Of a stretch of 64,000 nucleotides of DNA, positions 20,756 to 31,122 are shown in pieces. The position numbers were made by a program, and so were the translations under genes. Numbering within the stretch: the first letter of the stretch is position 1; every line of letters starts with the position of its first letter. Where the stretch lies: contig JAOAGL010000001.1 in NCBI GenBank assembly GCA_026415775.1, positions 206,233-270,232 on the forward strand. The letters are read 5' to 3'. The notes under the pieces were generated by a model. That model made no database searches, was not told the DNA's origin, and saw only the letters and a program-made list of their open reading frames with translations. The stretch comes from Patescibacteria group bacterium. GTDB lineage: Bacteria; Patescibacteriota; Minisyncoccia; UBA6257; JAAZHW01.

Positions 20756-21736
20756 ATGAATAAAAATTCAATGACTAAAAAAAGACGGGTTGTCGTAATT
20801 GGTGGGGGTACCGGCGTTTTTGTTGTTTTAAGTGCTTTAAAAAATTTACCCATTCATCTTTCAGCTATTATAACTATGGCTGATTCCGGTGGTTCTACTG
20901 GAATTCTGCGAGAAGAATTCGGTATTTTGCCACCAGGGGATGTAAGACGTGCCTTAATAGCTCTTTCTCATTCTGATAATAAAATTTTGGCAAAATTATT
21001 TAATTATCGTTTTAACGAAAGTTATTTTTTGGATGGCCATAGTTTTGGTAATTTATTTTTAACGGCCCTCGAGCGGATTACCGGTGATTTTCAAAAGGCA
21101 ATTTTAGAAGCGGGGAAAATTTTAAATATTTCCGGCGAAGTTATTCCAGTAACACTTCAGCATTGTCATTTGCTAGCCAAATTAAAAAATGGCCAAATTA
21201 TTTACGGTGAAGCTGCCATTGATCGTCGTAAAGAAAAAAATCCTTCACCCATCAAAACAATTTGGCTTCAGCCAGCGGTAAAGATTAATCCATTGGCTAG
21301 AGATGCTATTTCAAAAGCTGATATAATTATTATTGGCCCCGGTGATTTGTATACAAGTATTTTGCCCAATTTTCTTGTTAAGGGCGTAAAAGAGGCAGTT
21401 AAAAAAAGCCGAGCACAAAAAATTTTTATTACTAATATTATGACTAAAAAAGGCGAGACTGATAATTTCACAACTGCCGATTTTATTAGAGTGTTTGAGA
21501 AATTTGTAGGCAGAGATATCTTAGATTATGTTTTGATTAATACTCGCAAACCAGATAGAAAAAGGATTAAAAAATATCAGGAAGAAGGTTCTCGGTTTGT
21601 TAAAATTGTTTTAGATAAAAACCTTTTATTAAAATATAAAATTATTAAAACCGACCTTTTACGCAATAAAGGATTATTGCGTCACGATCCAATTAAATTA
21701 AAAGATGCTTTAGAAAAAATTATTTATAGTGGATAG
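20756..21736 (+). CDS. YvcK/CofD-like (UPF0052) gluconeogenesis-factor family protein
   Basis: RRVVVIGGGTG...ITMADSGGSTGILREE...PPGDVRRAL is the YvcK signature. The track's ORF start at 20684 lies inside tRNA-Leu, so the real start is ATG 20756 or 20771. Confidence 0.75.
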   Translation: MNKNSMTKKRRVVVIGGGTGVFVVLSALKNLPIHLSAIITMADSGGSTGILREEFGILPPGDVRRALIALSHSDNKILAKLFNYRFNESYFLDGHSFGNLFLTALERITGDFQKAILEAGKILNISGEVIPVTLQHCHLLAKLKNGQIIYGEAAIDRRKEKNPSPIKTIWLQPAVKINPLARDAISKADIIIIGPGDLYTSILPNFLVKGVKEAVKKSRAQKIFITNIMTKKGETDNFTTADFIRVFEKFVGRDILDYVLINTRKPDRKRIKKYQEEGSRFVKIVLDKNLLLKYKIIKTDLLRNKGLLRHDPIKLKDALEKIIYSG

Positions 21737-21738
21737 TT

Positions 21739-23244
21739 ATGCTAAAAAATTGGTTGATGAATCTTTCTAAAAAAGATTTGCCCTCCAAATTTCTTTTATT
21801 AATCCTATTTTTTATTAGCGGGGTTTTTATTTCCTCATTTTTTAACACTACTAATTTAATAGGCGGTTTGACTCTTTTGTTAATTGGTTTAATTTTTTGC
21901 TTCGAAGAATATTTATTTAAAAATAAAATAAATTTTGCTGTTTATTTATTAGTTTTTGCTTGCGGATTTTTTTATTTTCAAGCATATGAAAAATATCAAC
22001 AAAACCACTCAAGTTTATTGTTAAATGGCCAAGAAATTCAAAATGTAAAAGCTATTATTTCGAATCTGCCTATTTGCCAATATAATAGCACTTCTTTTGA
22101 GGCCAAATTATTGTTGCCTTTCCAAGAAAAAGTTCTAATTAGAACAAAAGGCAGTTGTGAAGAATTTCATTATGGTGATAAAATTATTTTTACAGGAAAA
22201 TTTGAAGAACCAATTTCTTACTTGGATTTTGATTACAAGGCCTATTTAGCCAAAAGCAATATTTATTCAGTGATTAATTATCCGCAAATTAAAATTATTG
22301 ATAAACATCAGGGATTTTGGTTAAAAGATTTTTTGTATCAAATCAGAATTTCTTTTCAAAAACAAATTGATAAGATTTTTCCAGAACCAGAAAGAAGTTT
22401 TTTGAATGGTTTGCTTTTAGGCGAAAAGAGAACGTTGGATAAAGATTTGGAAGTTGCGCTGCAAAAAACTGGTACGATGCATTTAATTGCCTTGTCGGGA
22501 TTTAATATTACTATTATTACTAATGCCGTTTATGCTTTTTTAATTGTTTTGGGTATAGTGCGTCCAAAAGCTTTTTGGTTGGTTATAATTTTTATTTTGT
22601 TTTTTGTTGTTTTAACTGGCACCTCGCCTTCTATTGTGCGAGCGGGAATTATGGGAGGAATTTTAGTTTTAAGCTATAGATTAGGCAAACCTTATCAAAT
22701 TAAAAATGCATTGTTTTTTGCGGCTTTTTTAATGATTTTAATAAACCCTAAAATTTTACGTTTTGATATTGGTTTTCAATTATCTTTTGCGGCAACATTA
22801 GGATTAATTTATTTTTCTCCATTTTTTAATCGTGTTTTTCAAACCGAAAAACCATCTTTTTTAAATTGGCGTCAAGTAGTTGCAACAACTTTTTCTGCTC
22901 AATTAGCTGTTTTGCCGCTGTTAATTTTTCGTTTTGGTTATATTTCGTTAATTTCCCCTCTTGTTAATGTTTTAATAATATCTTTAATTCCTTATACAAT
23001 GCTTTTGGGATTTATAGCCGTAATTTTATCGTATTTGCATACATGGTTAGGGATTATTGTCGGAGTTTTTCCTTATCTATTTTTATATTTTGAGATTTTA
23101 ATAATAAAAATTTTTAGCCGTTTTTCTTTGGCTACCATTAATTTTGGAGGATTTTCCGAAATAGTATTTTGGGTGGTTGTGATATTTTTTCTTTTGATAT
23201 TAATAAATAAAAAATATGTTCGAGGAAAAACAAAAAGTATTTGA
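21739..23244 (+). CDS. comEC: ComEC/Rec2 competence channel, N-terminal part (DUF4131 plus competence domain)
   Basis: Polytopic membrane protein with the motif TGTMHLIALSGFNITII (ComEC hLlaiSGlH). It ends inside an A-run. Confidence 0.8.
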   Translation: MLKNWLMNLSKKDLPSKFLLLILFFISGVFISSFFNTTNLIGGLTLLLIGLIFCFEEYLFKNKINFAVYLLVFACGFFYFQAYEKYQQNHSSLLLNGQEIQNVKAIISNLPICQYNSTSFEAKLLLPFQEKVLIRTKGSCEEFHYGDKIIFTGKFEEPISYLDFDYKAYLAKSNIYSVINYPQIKIIDKHQGFWLKDFLYQIRISFQKQIDKIFPEPERSFLNGLLLGEKRTLDKDLEVALQKTGTMHLIALSGFNITIITNAVYAFLIVLGIVRPKAFWLVIIFILFFVVLTGTSPSIVRAGIMGGILVLSYRLGKPYQIKNALFFAAFLMILINPKILRFDIGFQLSFAATLGLIYFSPFFNRVFQTEKPSFLNWRQVVATTFSAQLAVLPLLIFRFGYISLISPLVNVLIISLIPYTMLLGFIAVILSYLHTWLGIIVGVFPYLFLYFEILIIKIFSRFSLATINFGGFSEIVFWVVVIFFLLILINKKYVRGKTKSI

Positions 23245-24085
23245 GAAAAATTTAATAATCGCTATTCTTTTCTTAATAATTTTAGATGCTATTTTATGGT
23301 ATTTTATTTTAGCTGATTCGCGAGCGGTGGAATTTTATTTTTTAGATGTAGGCCAAGGAGATGCTACATTGCTTAATTTTCCTTTTTCTGGGCGGATACT
23401 AATTGATTCAGGCGATGGAAAAATAATAGAACATTCCCTTGCTAAAATCGGCGGCTATTTTAAACGTTCGGTTGATATTTGGATTTTAAGTCATGCGAAC
23501 CTGGATCATTATGGTGGTTTTTTAAAATTAATTAATAATACTGAACCCCAAATTTTTATTTACAATGGTTTTAATTCGGATGCCCAATCATTTCAAGAAT
23601 TAATTAATAAGTTAAAACAAAAAAAAGTTCCTATTATAATTCTGGCTAGGGGAGATAAAATAAAAATAGGTGATAATCGATTTGATATTTTGTGGCCACC
23701 ACCAAATTCAAATATAAAAGATTTAAATGATAATTCTTTAATTTTATATTTTAAAAACTTTTTTGGTACAGCTTTATTTTTAGGAGATGTTTCTCAAAAA
23801 ATTCTTGGACAAATCCAAAATTATTTTAATAATGGATTGGTTGTTGATGTTTTAAAAGTGGCTCATCATGGTTCAAAAACTAGTTTAAATAAAGAATTTT
23901 TAGATTCAGTGAAACCAAAAATTTCTTTAATCGGTGTTGGTTTAAATAATCGTTTTAATCATCCTCATTCTGAAGTTATCGATTTTTTAACAAAAATCGG
24001 CTCTCAAATTTTGAGAACCGATATTAACCATAATATCAAGATTATTTTTAATAAAGGTATGGAAATTCAAACCTTTTCTTTTTAA
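23216..24085 (+). CDS. comEC: ComEC C-terminal part, a metallo-beta-lactamase domain preceded by one TM helix, encoded as a separate ORF
   Basis: FYFLDVGQGDATLL...ILSHANLDHYGG...VLKVAHHGSKTS is the ComEC MBL domain. It overlaps the upstream ORF by 29 nt, and the frames meet at an A6 run at 23209-23214. Confidence 0.8.
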   Translation: MFEEKQKVFEKNLIIAILFLIILDAILWYFILADSRAVEFYFLDVGQGDATLLNFPFSGRILIDSGDGKIIEHSLAKIGGYFKRSVDIWILSHANLDHYGGFLKLINNTEPQIFIYNGFNSDAQSFQELINKLKQKKVPIIILARGDKIKIGDNRFDILWPPPNSNIKDLNDNSLILYFKNFFGTALFLGDVSQKILGQIQNYFNNGLVVDVLKVAHHGSKTSLNKEFLDSVKPKISLIGVGLNNRFNHPHSEVIDFLTKIGSQILRTDINHNIKIIFNKGMEIQTFSF

Positions 24086-24987
24086 AGCCACTTTTTCTTT
24101 TTAAAAATAACCAAAAATAGCGTTGCAAATAAAAACATTAAACCAACAATATACCAAAAACCATAAGGGGAAGAAACTAAGGGGGTGTTTTCGGTATTCA
24201 TGCTAAAAATACTCGAAAAAAGAGTTAAAGGAAAAGTGATGAAGGCCATAATGGTTAAAATTTTCATAATTTCATTTGTGCGGCTTTCGAAAAAGGTGTT
24301 ATTGGTGTTTTCTAGCGATTCAATTGTTTCTTTCAAATTATCAATGCTCATCCACAATTTTTCATAATCACCCAAAAGGTCATTAAAATAAATTTCCAAG
24401 TTTTTTCCAAAGAAGTTTAAACCCTTAAGCTTTAAAGATTCCAAAATCGGGTGCTGGAGACGAGCGATAATCCGTTGATCCAAAATATCTCTTTTTACAA
24501 TGGCAATTTTTTCAATTAATGACTTATGTTCTCCTCTAAACAATTCGCATTCTATTTGTTTAATCTTTTCCTGAATATGTGTTAATTGGCGAAGAGAAAA
24601 AATTAAACCATTTTCTAAAATATAATAAAGCAAGTGAGCGGGGGTTTGATTAAGATATTGATTTGATAACTCCTTTTTTAATTCGGCGAAGATTTCATCG
24701 ATCGGTTCGTAGTTCTTATAGCGTACTGTTATTAAATAGTCGCGGGTTATTAGAAAATCAACTTCAACAGCTTCTGAGGTTTTTTCGTTTTCGTTGTAAT
24801 TTGAAAAATAATAAACGATAAACATTAAATTATCATAAATTTCAATTTTAGAACGCGTGGAGGGTTGTTTTAATTCTTCAAGCAAAATAGGATGAAGTTT
24901 AAATTTATCTTTTAAAAATTTTAGATCTTCTTGTGATGGAGACAGAATATCAATCCAATTGATTTTAGAATTAATTTCTTGTTTCAT
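24082..24987 (-). CDS. corA: CorA-family divalent cation transporter with SMN in place of the GMN motif
   Basis: 301-aa ORF with two C-terminal TM helices. ...[20 protein letters not shown] aligns to the CorA loop ...GIYGMNFENMP. Confidence 0.8.
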   Translation of the reverse strand: MKQEINSKINWIDILSPSQEDLKFLKDKFKLHPILLEELKQPSTRSKIEIYDNLMFIVYYFSNYNENEKTSEAVEVDFLITRDYLITVRYKNYEPIDEIFAELKKELSNQYLNQTPAHLLYYILENGLIFSLRQLTHIQEKIKQIECELFRGEHKSLIEKIAIVKRDILDQRIIARLQHPILESLKLKGLNFFGKNLEIYFNDLLGDYEKLWMSIDNLKETIESLENTNNTFFESRTNEIMKILTIMAFITFPLTLFSSIFSMNTENTPLVSSPYGFWYIVGLMFLFATLFLVIFKKKKWL

Positions 24988-25035
24988 AGTTTTATATTTT
25001 TATTATATAAAAAACAAAAAACACAAGCAAATTGC

Positions 25036-25064
25036 TTGACATCAAGCTTTTTATTTGTTAAAGT
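25036..25064 (+). promoter_or_regulatory. Candidate sigma70-type promoter for rpsL-rpsG-fusA with a near-leaderless transcript
   Basis: -35 TTGACA at 25036-25041, a 17-nt spacer, then -10 TAAAGT at 25059-25064. The rpsL ATG lies ~14 nt downstream and has no SD. Confidence 0.35.
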
Positions 25065-25077
25065 ATTTTACATATTT

Positions 25078-25488
25078 ATGCCAACAATCAATCAATTAAT
25101 TAAAAAAGGACGAAAAAGAATTGTTTATAAAAGTAAAGCACCAGCATTAATCTGGGGTTTTAATTATAAAAAGAATAGGCCTGTGAAATATCCCTCGCCA
25201 TTCAAACGCGGGGTTTGTTTGAAGGTTTTTACAACCACTCCCAAAAAACCAAATTCCGCCTTGCGTAAAGTAGCGCGTGTTAGATTAACTAATGGTATTG
25301 AAGTAACGGCTTATATTCCAGGTATTGGTCATAATTTACAAGAGCATTCGGTTGTATTGGTGCGAGGCGGCCGCGTCAAAGATTTACCAGGCGTTCGTTA
25401 TCATATTGTTCGTGGTGTTTTGGATGCTACGGGAGTAGAAGGTCGTCGTCAGCAACGTTCTAAATACGGCGCAAAGAAGCCACAATAA
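25078..25488 (+). CDS. rpsL: 30S ribosomal protein S12
   Basis: [13 protein letters not shown]...[28 protein letters not shown]. The real ATG is at 25078. Confidence 0.95.
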   Translation: MPTINQLIKKGRKRIVYKSKAPALIWGFNYKKNRPVKYPSPFKRGVCLKVFTTTPKKPNSALRKVARVRLTNGIEVTAYIPGIGHNLQEHSVVLVRGGRVKDLPGVRYHIVRGVLDATGVEGRRQQRSKYGAKKPQ

Positions 25489-25494
25489 TAAATT

Positions 25495-25962
25495 ATGCGT
25501 AAGAAAAATCCAAAAAAGAGAACATATGAACCAGATTTAGTTTTTAATCGAGTTGAGTGCACCCGATTTATTAATTATTTGATGCAGCGCGGGCAGAAAG
25601 CAACGGCTGAAAAAAATTTTTATAAAGCAATGGAATTAATAAAACAGAAGACAGGCAAGGATCCATTGGAAGTTTTTGATCTTGCTTTAAAAAACGCTTC
25701 GCCTTTAGTAGAGGTAAAATCCAAACGAATTGGTGGTGCTAATTATCAAGTACCCCAACTGGTTAAACCGGAGCGACAATTTACTTTAGCGTGTCGCTGG
25801 ATAATTCAGGCAGTGCGTTCACGGCGTGGTAAATCTGCTTATGAAAAATTAGCCGAAGAAATTATTGCTGCCAGCAATAATGAGGGGGCAGCTGTAAAGA
25901 AAAAAATGGATACTCATCGTATTGCCGAAGCCAATCGCGCCTTTGCTCATTTTTCATGGTAA
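25495..25962 (+). CDS. rpsG: 30S ribosomal protein S7
   Basis: 155-aa ORF. RGQKATAEKNFYKAMELI...KRIGGANYQVP is S7. Confidence 0.95.
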   Translation: MRKKNPKKRTYEPDLVFNRVECTRFINYLMQRGQKATAEKNFYKAMELIKQKTGKDPLEVFDLALKNASPLVEVKSKRIGGANYQVPQLVKPERQFTLACRWIIQAVRSRRGKSAYEKLAEEIIAASNNEGAAVKKKMDTHRIAEANRAFAHFSW

Positions 25963-26031
25963 ATTTCTTATTATAAAATCAATGAGTCGGATTTTTTAAT
26001 CCATTTAAATTAAAGACACTTTTGATAATAT

Positions 26032-28137
26032 ATGCGAGAATATTCATTAGAAAAAACTAGAGATATCGGAATTATTGCTCATATTGACGCTGGGAAAACA
26101 ACGGTTTCCGAGCGTATTTTATATTACACTGGTATTTCTCATAAAATTGGCGAAGTTCATGAAGGAGAAGCGATTATGGATTGGATGGAGCAAGAAAGAG
26201 AGAGGGGTATTACTATTACCGCTGCGGCAACAACTTGTTTTTGGACTCAGACTTATAAAACTCCAGAAGAGCGAGCAAAGAAAGAATTTCGCATTAATCT
26301 TATTGATACGCCTGGTCACATTGATTTTACAGTTGAAGTTCAGCGATCTCTTCGCGTTTTGGATGGGGCGGTTGTTGTTTTTGATGGAGTAGCTGGTGTC
26401 GAACCGCAATCAGAAACCGTTTGGCATCAAGCAGATAAATTTCACGTGCCTCGCATTTGTTTTGTTAATAAATTAGATAGAATGGGTGCTAGTTTTACGC
26501 GTTCTCTCCAATCTATTCGTGAACGATTGAATCCTAATGCAATGCCAGTTCAATTAAATATTGGATTGGAATCTGAATTTGAAGGAATTATTGATCTTTT
26601 AACAATGAAAGCTTTTAATTTCACCGGTGAAAAAGGCGAATTTATTAATGAGATGGAAATCCCCAAAAATTTAATAGATGAAGCTAAAAAATTAAGGGAA
26701 GAATTAGTGGAAAAAATTGTTGAAACCGATGAAGAATTGATGAATCGTTATTTAGAAGGCAAAGAAATTTCAATTGAAGAATTAAGAAAGGCGTTAAGAA
26801 AAGCGACAATTGAAAGTAAAATTGTGCCAGTTTTTTGTGGTTCGGCTTTGAGAAATAAAGGCGTTCAATTTTTACTTGATGGCGTTGTTGATTATTTGCC
26901 GTCACCTTTGGATTTGCCGCCGACGAAAGGCTTTGATCCAAAAAGCGGACAAGAAATTATTAGACAGGTTAGCGATAACGAACCTTTTACTGCTTTAGCT
27001 TTTAAAATCGCTACTGATCCATTTGTGGGAAATTTAACTTATTTTCGTGTTTATTCAGGAACTCTTAAGAGGGGCAGTTATATTTTAAATGCTACCAAAG
27101 GGCAAAAAGAACGAGCGGGAAGAATTGTTAGAATGCACGCCAATCATCGCGAGGAGGTAGAAGAAGTTTTTGCTGGAGATATTGCCGCACTCGTTGGTTT
27201 AAAATCAACCACAACTGGTGATACTTTATGCGACGAAGAACATCCTATTATATTAGAAAAAATTGAATTTCCAGAACCAGTTATTTCAATGCGTATTGAA
27301 CCAAAAACTAAAGCTGATCAGGAAAAAATGAGTATTGCTTTAAGAAAATTAGCCGAAGAAGATCCTACTTTTCAGGTGGCGAGCGATCAAGAAACAGGCG
27401 AGACAATTATCAAAGGAATGGGCGAATTACACTTGGATGTTTTGGTTGATCGCATGCGTCGAGAATTTAAAGTTGAAGCTAATACCGGTCGGCCGCAAGT
27501 TGCTTATAAAGAAACTATAAAAGCGATGTCTGAGGCGGAAGGAAAATATATTCGTCAGAGTGGTGGTCGTGGTCAATATGGTCATGTTTGGTTGAGAGTG
27601 GAACCTTTAGAACGCGGAAAGAACTTTGAATTTGTAGATGAAATTAAAAGTGGTGCTATTCCGCAAGAATTTATTCCTGCTGTTGAGAAGGGCGTGAAAG
27701 AAGCAGCTCAGAAGGGTGTTTTGGCGGGTTATCCATTACAAGACATTCGTGTAACTTTATACGATGGTTCATTCCATGAGGTTGATTCTTCGGAGTTTGC
27801 CTTCAAAATTGCCGCTTCCATTGCTTTACAAGATGCTGTAAAAAAAGCAAATCCTGTTTTATTGGAGCCAATCATGAAAATTCAAGTGATTGTTCCTGCT
27901 AAATTCTTAGGTGAGGTAACAGGCGATTTGAATTCTCGTCGGGCGCGCATTGAACAAATTTCGGATCGTTTGGATAGTAAGGTAATTGACGCAAAGGTGC
28001 CTTTGGCTGAAATGTTTGGTTATGTAACAAACTTGCGTTCTTTAACTGAAGGCCGAGGATTTATTACAATGGAATTTGACCATTACGAAGAAGTGCCGAA
28101 AAACATTGCTGAACAAATTATTGCGGGCCGCAAGTAG
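26032..28137 (+). CDS. fusA: Elongation factor G
   Basis: [13 protein letters not shown]...[13 protein letters not shown]...[10 protein letters not shown], 701 aa. Confidence 0.97.
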   Translation: MREYSLEKTRDIGIIAHIDAGKTTVSERILYYTGISHKIGEVHEGEAIMDWMEQERERGITITAAATTCFWTQTYKTPEERAKKEFRINLIDTPGHIDFTVEVQRSLRVLDGAVVVFDGVAGVEPQSETVWHQADKFHVPRICFVNKLDRMGASFTRSLQSIRERLNPNAMPVQLNIGLESEFEGIIDLLTMKAFNFTGEKGEFINEMEIPKNLIDEAKKLREELVEKIVETDEELMNRYLEGKEISIEELRKALRKATIESKIVPVFCGSALRNKGVQFLLDGVVDYLPSPLDLPPTKGFDPKSGQEIIRQVSDNEPFTALAFKIATDPFVGNLTYFRVYSGTLKRGSYILNATKGQKERAGRIVRMHANHREEVEEVFAGDIAALVGLKSTTTGDTLCDEEHPIILEKIEFPEPVISMRIEPKTKADQEKMSIALRKLAEEDPTFQVASDQETGETIIKGMGELHLDVLVDRMRREFKVEANTGRPQVAYKETIKAMSEAEGKYIRQSGGRGQYGHVWLRVEPLERGKNFEFVDEIKSGAIPQEFIPAVEKGVKEAAQKGVLAGYPLQDIRVTLYDGSFHEVDSSEFAFKIAASIALQDAVKKANPVLLEPIMKIQVIVPAKFLGEVTGDLNSRRARIEQISDRLDSKVIDAKVPLAEMFGYVTNLRSLTEGRGFITMEFDHYEEVPKNIAEQIIAGRK

Positions 28138-28163
28138 TTCTCTCCAAGAAGGAGATGAAATTT

Positions 28164-28197
28164 GGGCCGCTTGGAGAGAACTCCAAGCGGCCCTTTT
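28164..28197 (+). terminator. Strong intrinsic terminator after fusA
   Basis: GGGCCGCTTGGAG-agaa-CTCCAAGCGGCCC-tttt, a 13-bp stem. Confidence 0.8.
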
Positions 28198-28206
28198 AAA
28201 AATTTA

Positions 28207-28235
28207 TTTACAAAATCAGTCGAAAAAATTATAAT
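28207..28235 (+). promoter_or_regulatory. Candidate sigma70 promoter for ileS
   Basis: -35 TTTACA at 28207-28212, a 17-nt spacer, then -10 TATAAT at 28230-28235, about 16 nt ahead of the ileS ATG. Confidence 0.5.
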
Positions 28236-28251
28236 AAGAATATTAAAAATT

Positions 28252-31122
28252 ATGCAGTTATTTCCCGAAATAGAAAAACAAATTATTAAATTTTGGAAAG
28301 AAAATAAAATTTTTGAAAAATCTGTTGCTAAAGATGCGCCAAAAGGCGATTATATTTTTTATGATGGACCGCCTTTTGCCACAGGAACACCTCATTACGG
28401 ACATTTAGTAGCTAGTTTAATGAAAGATATAGTGCCACGTTACTTTACTATGAAAGGATATCGTGTTGAAAGACGTTGGGGTTGGGATTGTCATGGCATG
28501 CCAATTGAGAATATTGTTGAAGAAGCTTTAGATTTAAAAACTAAAAAAGATATTGAAAAAATAGGTATTGATAAATTTAATGAAACGTGTCGTCAAAGCG
28601 TTTTAACATATGCCGAAGAATGGAAGAAGGTAATTGAAAGATTTGGACGCTGGGTTGATATGGAAAATCCGTATAGAACGATGGACCTTGATTATATGGA
28701 AAGTATTTGGTGGGTTTTTAAGGAATTGTGGGATAAGGGATTAATTTACGAAGATTACAAAGCAATGCATATTTGTCCTCGGTGCGAGACCACTTTATCT
28801 CAATATGAAGTTTCAGAAGGATATCTTGATGTTGAGGATTTAGCAGTAACAGTAAAATTTGAATTAAAAAACGAACCAAAAACTTATATTTTGGCATGGA
28901 CGACAACGCCATGGACTTTGATTGGTAATGTAGCTTTGGCTATTGGTGAAAATATTGAATATGTTAAATTTGAGATTAAAAACCACCCTTCTTTAAATGG
29001 TATTTATATTGCCTCCAGAAACTTTTTTGAAAAATTAAAAAATAAATTTGAACAGGAAAATTCAACAATTGATTTGGAATTTATTGAAGTAGTTCCTTCT
29101 GAAAAATTAATTAATCAAAATTATATCCCCTTATTTGATTACTATCTTAATAAGCCATTAAATAATAAAGAACGTCTTTATACGATTCAATCGGCCAATT
29201 TTGTTACAGTAGAAGATGGTACTGGGGTTGTCCACATTGCGCCAGCTTTTGGTGAAGAAGATATGATGTTAGGGAAAGAAAAGCAACTGCCTTTTATTCA
29301 GCATGTTGGTTTGGATGGAAGATTTAAAGAGGAGGTAGTTGATTTTAAAGGGTTGCCAGTTAAACCAAAGGAAGCGCCAACTTCTACTGATCAGAAAGTA
29401 ATTGAATTTTTACAAAAGAAAAATTTAGTTTTTGAAGTAGAAAAATACACTCATAGTTATCCTCATTGTTGGCGTTGTGATTCGCCGTTGTTGAATTATG
29501 CAACCACTTCTTTATTTGTGAAGGTAACAGAAATAAAACCACAACTTTTAAAAAATGCTGAAATTATCAATTGGGTGCCAGCACATTTGAAAGAAGGCAG
29601 GTTTGGTAAATGGTTGGAAGGCGCTAGAGATTGGGCAATTTCTCGACAAAGATATTGGGGGTCGGTCATTCCTTTGTGGGTATGTCAAAATTGCGGTGAG
29701 AAAAAAGTTGTTGGTTCAATTAAAGAATTAGAAGAGCTTTCTGGTGAAAAAGTAGAAGATCTTCATAAGCATTTCATTGATAAAATTACTTTAAAATGCG
29801 AAAAGTGTGGCGGTATTATGAAGCGCATACCTGATGTTTTAGATTGTTGGTTTGAATCTGGTTCAATGCCTTATGCTCAAATGCATTATCCATTTGAGAA
29901 TAAGGAAAAATTGGAGAAGAACTTTCCTGCTGAGTTTATTGCTGAAGGCGTCGATCAAACACGCGCCTGGTTTTATTATCTTCATGTTATAGCCACCGCC
30001 TTAAAGAATAGTGCTGCTTTTAAAAACGTAATTGCTAATGGCATTGTTTTGGCTGAAGACGGAAGAAAAATGTCTAAACATCTTAAAAATTATACTGATC
30101 CTTTAGAGGTTTTAGAAAAATACAGCGCTGATGCTGTTCGGTATTATTTAACTACTTCGCAAGTAATGAAAGCTGAGGATTTATGTTTTTCAGAGAAAGA
30201 AGTTGATGAGGTTTATAAAAAGGTAATTTTGATTTTGTTGAATGTTTTGAGTTTTTATAAGCTTTATGCTGGCAAAGAAATAAATAAATTAATTCTGCCA
30301 CTTGAGAATGTGTTGGATATTTGGATTGTAACGCGATTAGAGTTGCTAAAGAAAGAAATGACTGAAGCATATGATACTTATGATTTGCCAAAAGCTAATC
30401 GACCAATTGCGGAGTTTATTGATGATTTGTCAACATGGTATGTAAGGCGTTCTCGCGAGCGCTTTAAAAATGGCGATGAAAAAGCTATTGCTACCTTGCG
30501 TTATGTATTGATGGAATTGTCAAAATTAATTGCTCCAGTTATGCCATTTTTGGCCGAGCATCTTTATCAAGAATTAAAAGGTGAAAAAGAATCGGTGCAT
30601 TTGGAGGATTGGCCAATAGTAAACGAACAGCTTATTGATAAAGAAGTGATTGAACGAATGAAAAAGACACGTGAGGCAGTTGAAATAGGATTAGCTTTAA
30701 GGTCTGAAGCTCAAATTAAAATTCGCCAACCATTAAAACAAATTCAGTTTGCTGATGAGGAGTTGTTTAATCAATTATACGAAGATTTAGTTAAAGATGA
30801 GCTGAATGTAAAGGAAATTGCGTTGGGTCCCAAAAATTGGTTAGACACAGAAATTCCAGCCGACTTAGAAGAAGAAGGTATATTGCGAGAGTTAATACGT
30901 CGCATTAATCAATTAAGAAAAGAAAAAGGTTTAAGTGTTGATGATAAAGATGTGGTTTTGGAGTTTAAAATAGACAATGAAAAATTGAGGAGCGTTGTTG
31001 AAAAATTTAGCGAGGAAATTAAGAAAAAATGTTTGAGTTCAGAGATAAAATTCGGCGAAGCATTAGATGGCAAGGAATTTGAAATTAATGACGAAAAAAT
31101 CAAAATTGCTTTATTGAAATAA
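28252..31122 (+). CDS. ileS: Isoleucyl-tRNA synthetase
   Basis: PPFATGTPHYGHLV contains the HIGH motif and KMSKH is the KMSKS motif. The track's ORF is N-extended from a TTG that lies inside the fusA terminator, so the real start is ATG 28252. Confidence 0.95.
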   Translation: MQLFPEIEKQIIKFWKENKIFEKSVAKDAPKGDYIFYDGPPFATGTPHYGHLVASLMKDIVPRYFTMKGYRVERRWGWDCHGMPIENIVEEALDLKTKKDIEKIGIDKFNETCRQSVLTYAEEWKKVIERFGRWVDMENPYRTMDLDYMESIWWVFKELWDKGLIYEDYKAMHICPRCETTLSQYEVSEGYLDVEDLAVTVKFELKNEPKTYILAWTTTPWTLIGNVALAIGENIEYVKFEIKNHPSLNGIYIASRNFFEKLKNKFEQENSTIDLEFIEVVPSEKLINQNYIPLFDYYLNKPLNNKERLYTIQSANFVTVEDGTGVVHIAPAFGEEDMMLGKEKQLPFIQHVGLDGRFKEEVVDFKGLPVKPKEAPTSTDQKVIEFLQKKNLVFEVEKYTHSYPHCWRCDSPLLNYATTSLFVKVTEIKPQLLKNAEIINWVPAHLKEGRFGKWLEGARDWAISRQRYWGSVIPLWVCQNCGEKKVVGSIKELEELSGEKVEDLHKHFIDKITLKCEKCGGIMKRIPDVLDCWFESGSMPYAQMHYPFENKEKLEKNFPAEFIAEGVDQTRAWFYYLHVIATALKNSAAFKNVIANGIVLAEDGRKMSKHLKNYTDPLEVLEKYSADAVRYYLTTSQVMKAEDLCFSEKEVDEVYKKVILILLNVLSFYKLYAGKEINKLILPLENVLDIWIVTRLELLKKEMTEAYDTYDLPKANRPIAEFIDDLSTWYVRRSRERFKNGDEKAIATLRYVLMELSKLIAPVMPFLAEHLYQELKGEKESVHLEDWPIVNEQLIDKEVIERMKKTREAVEIGLALRSEAQIKIRQPLKQIQFADEELFNQLYEDLVKDELNVKEIALGPKNWLDTEIPADLEEEGILRELIRRINQLRKEKGLSVDDKDVVLEFKIDNEKLRSVVEKFSEEIKKKCLSSEIKFGEALDGKEFEINDEKIKIALLK

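Noticed and set aside
28155-28199. 14-codon mini-ORF (MKFGPLGENSKRPF) inside the fusA terminator, with AAGGAG just upstream
   Set aside because: The SD-like hexamer abuts the ATG with no spacer, and the frame is simply the terminator stem read as codons.
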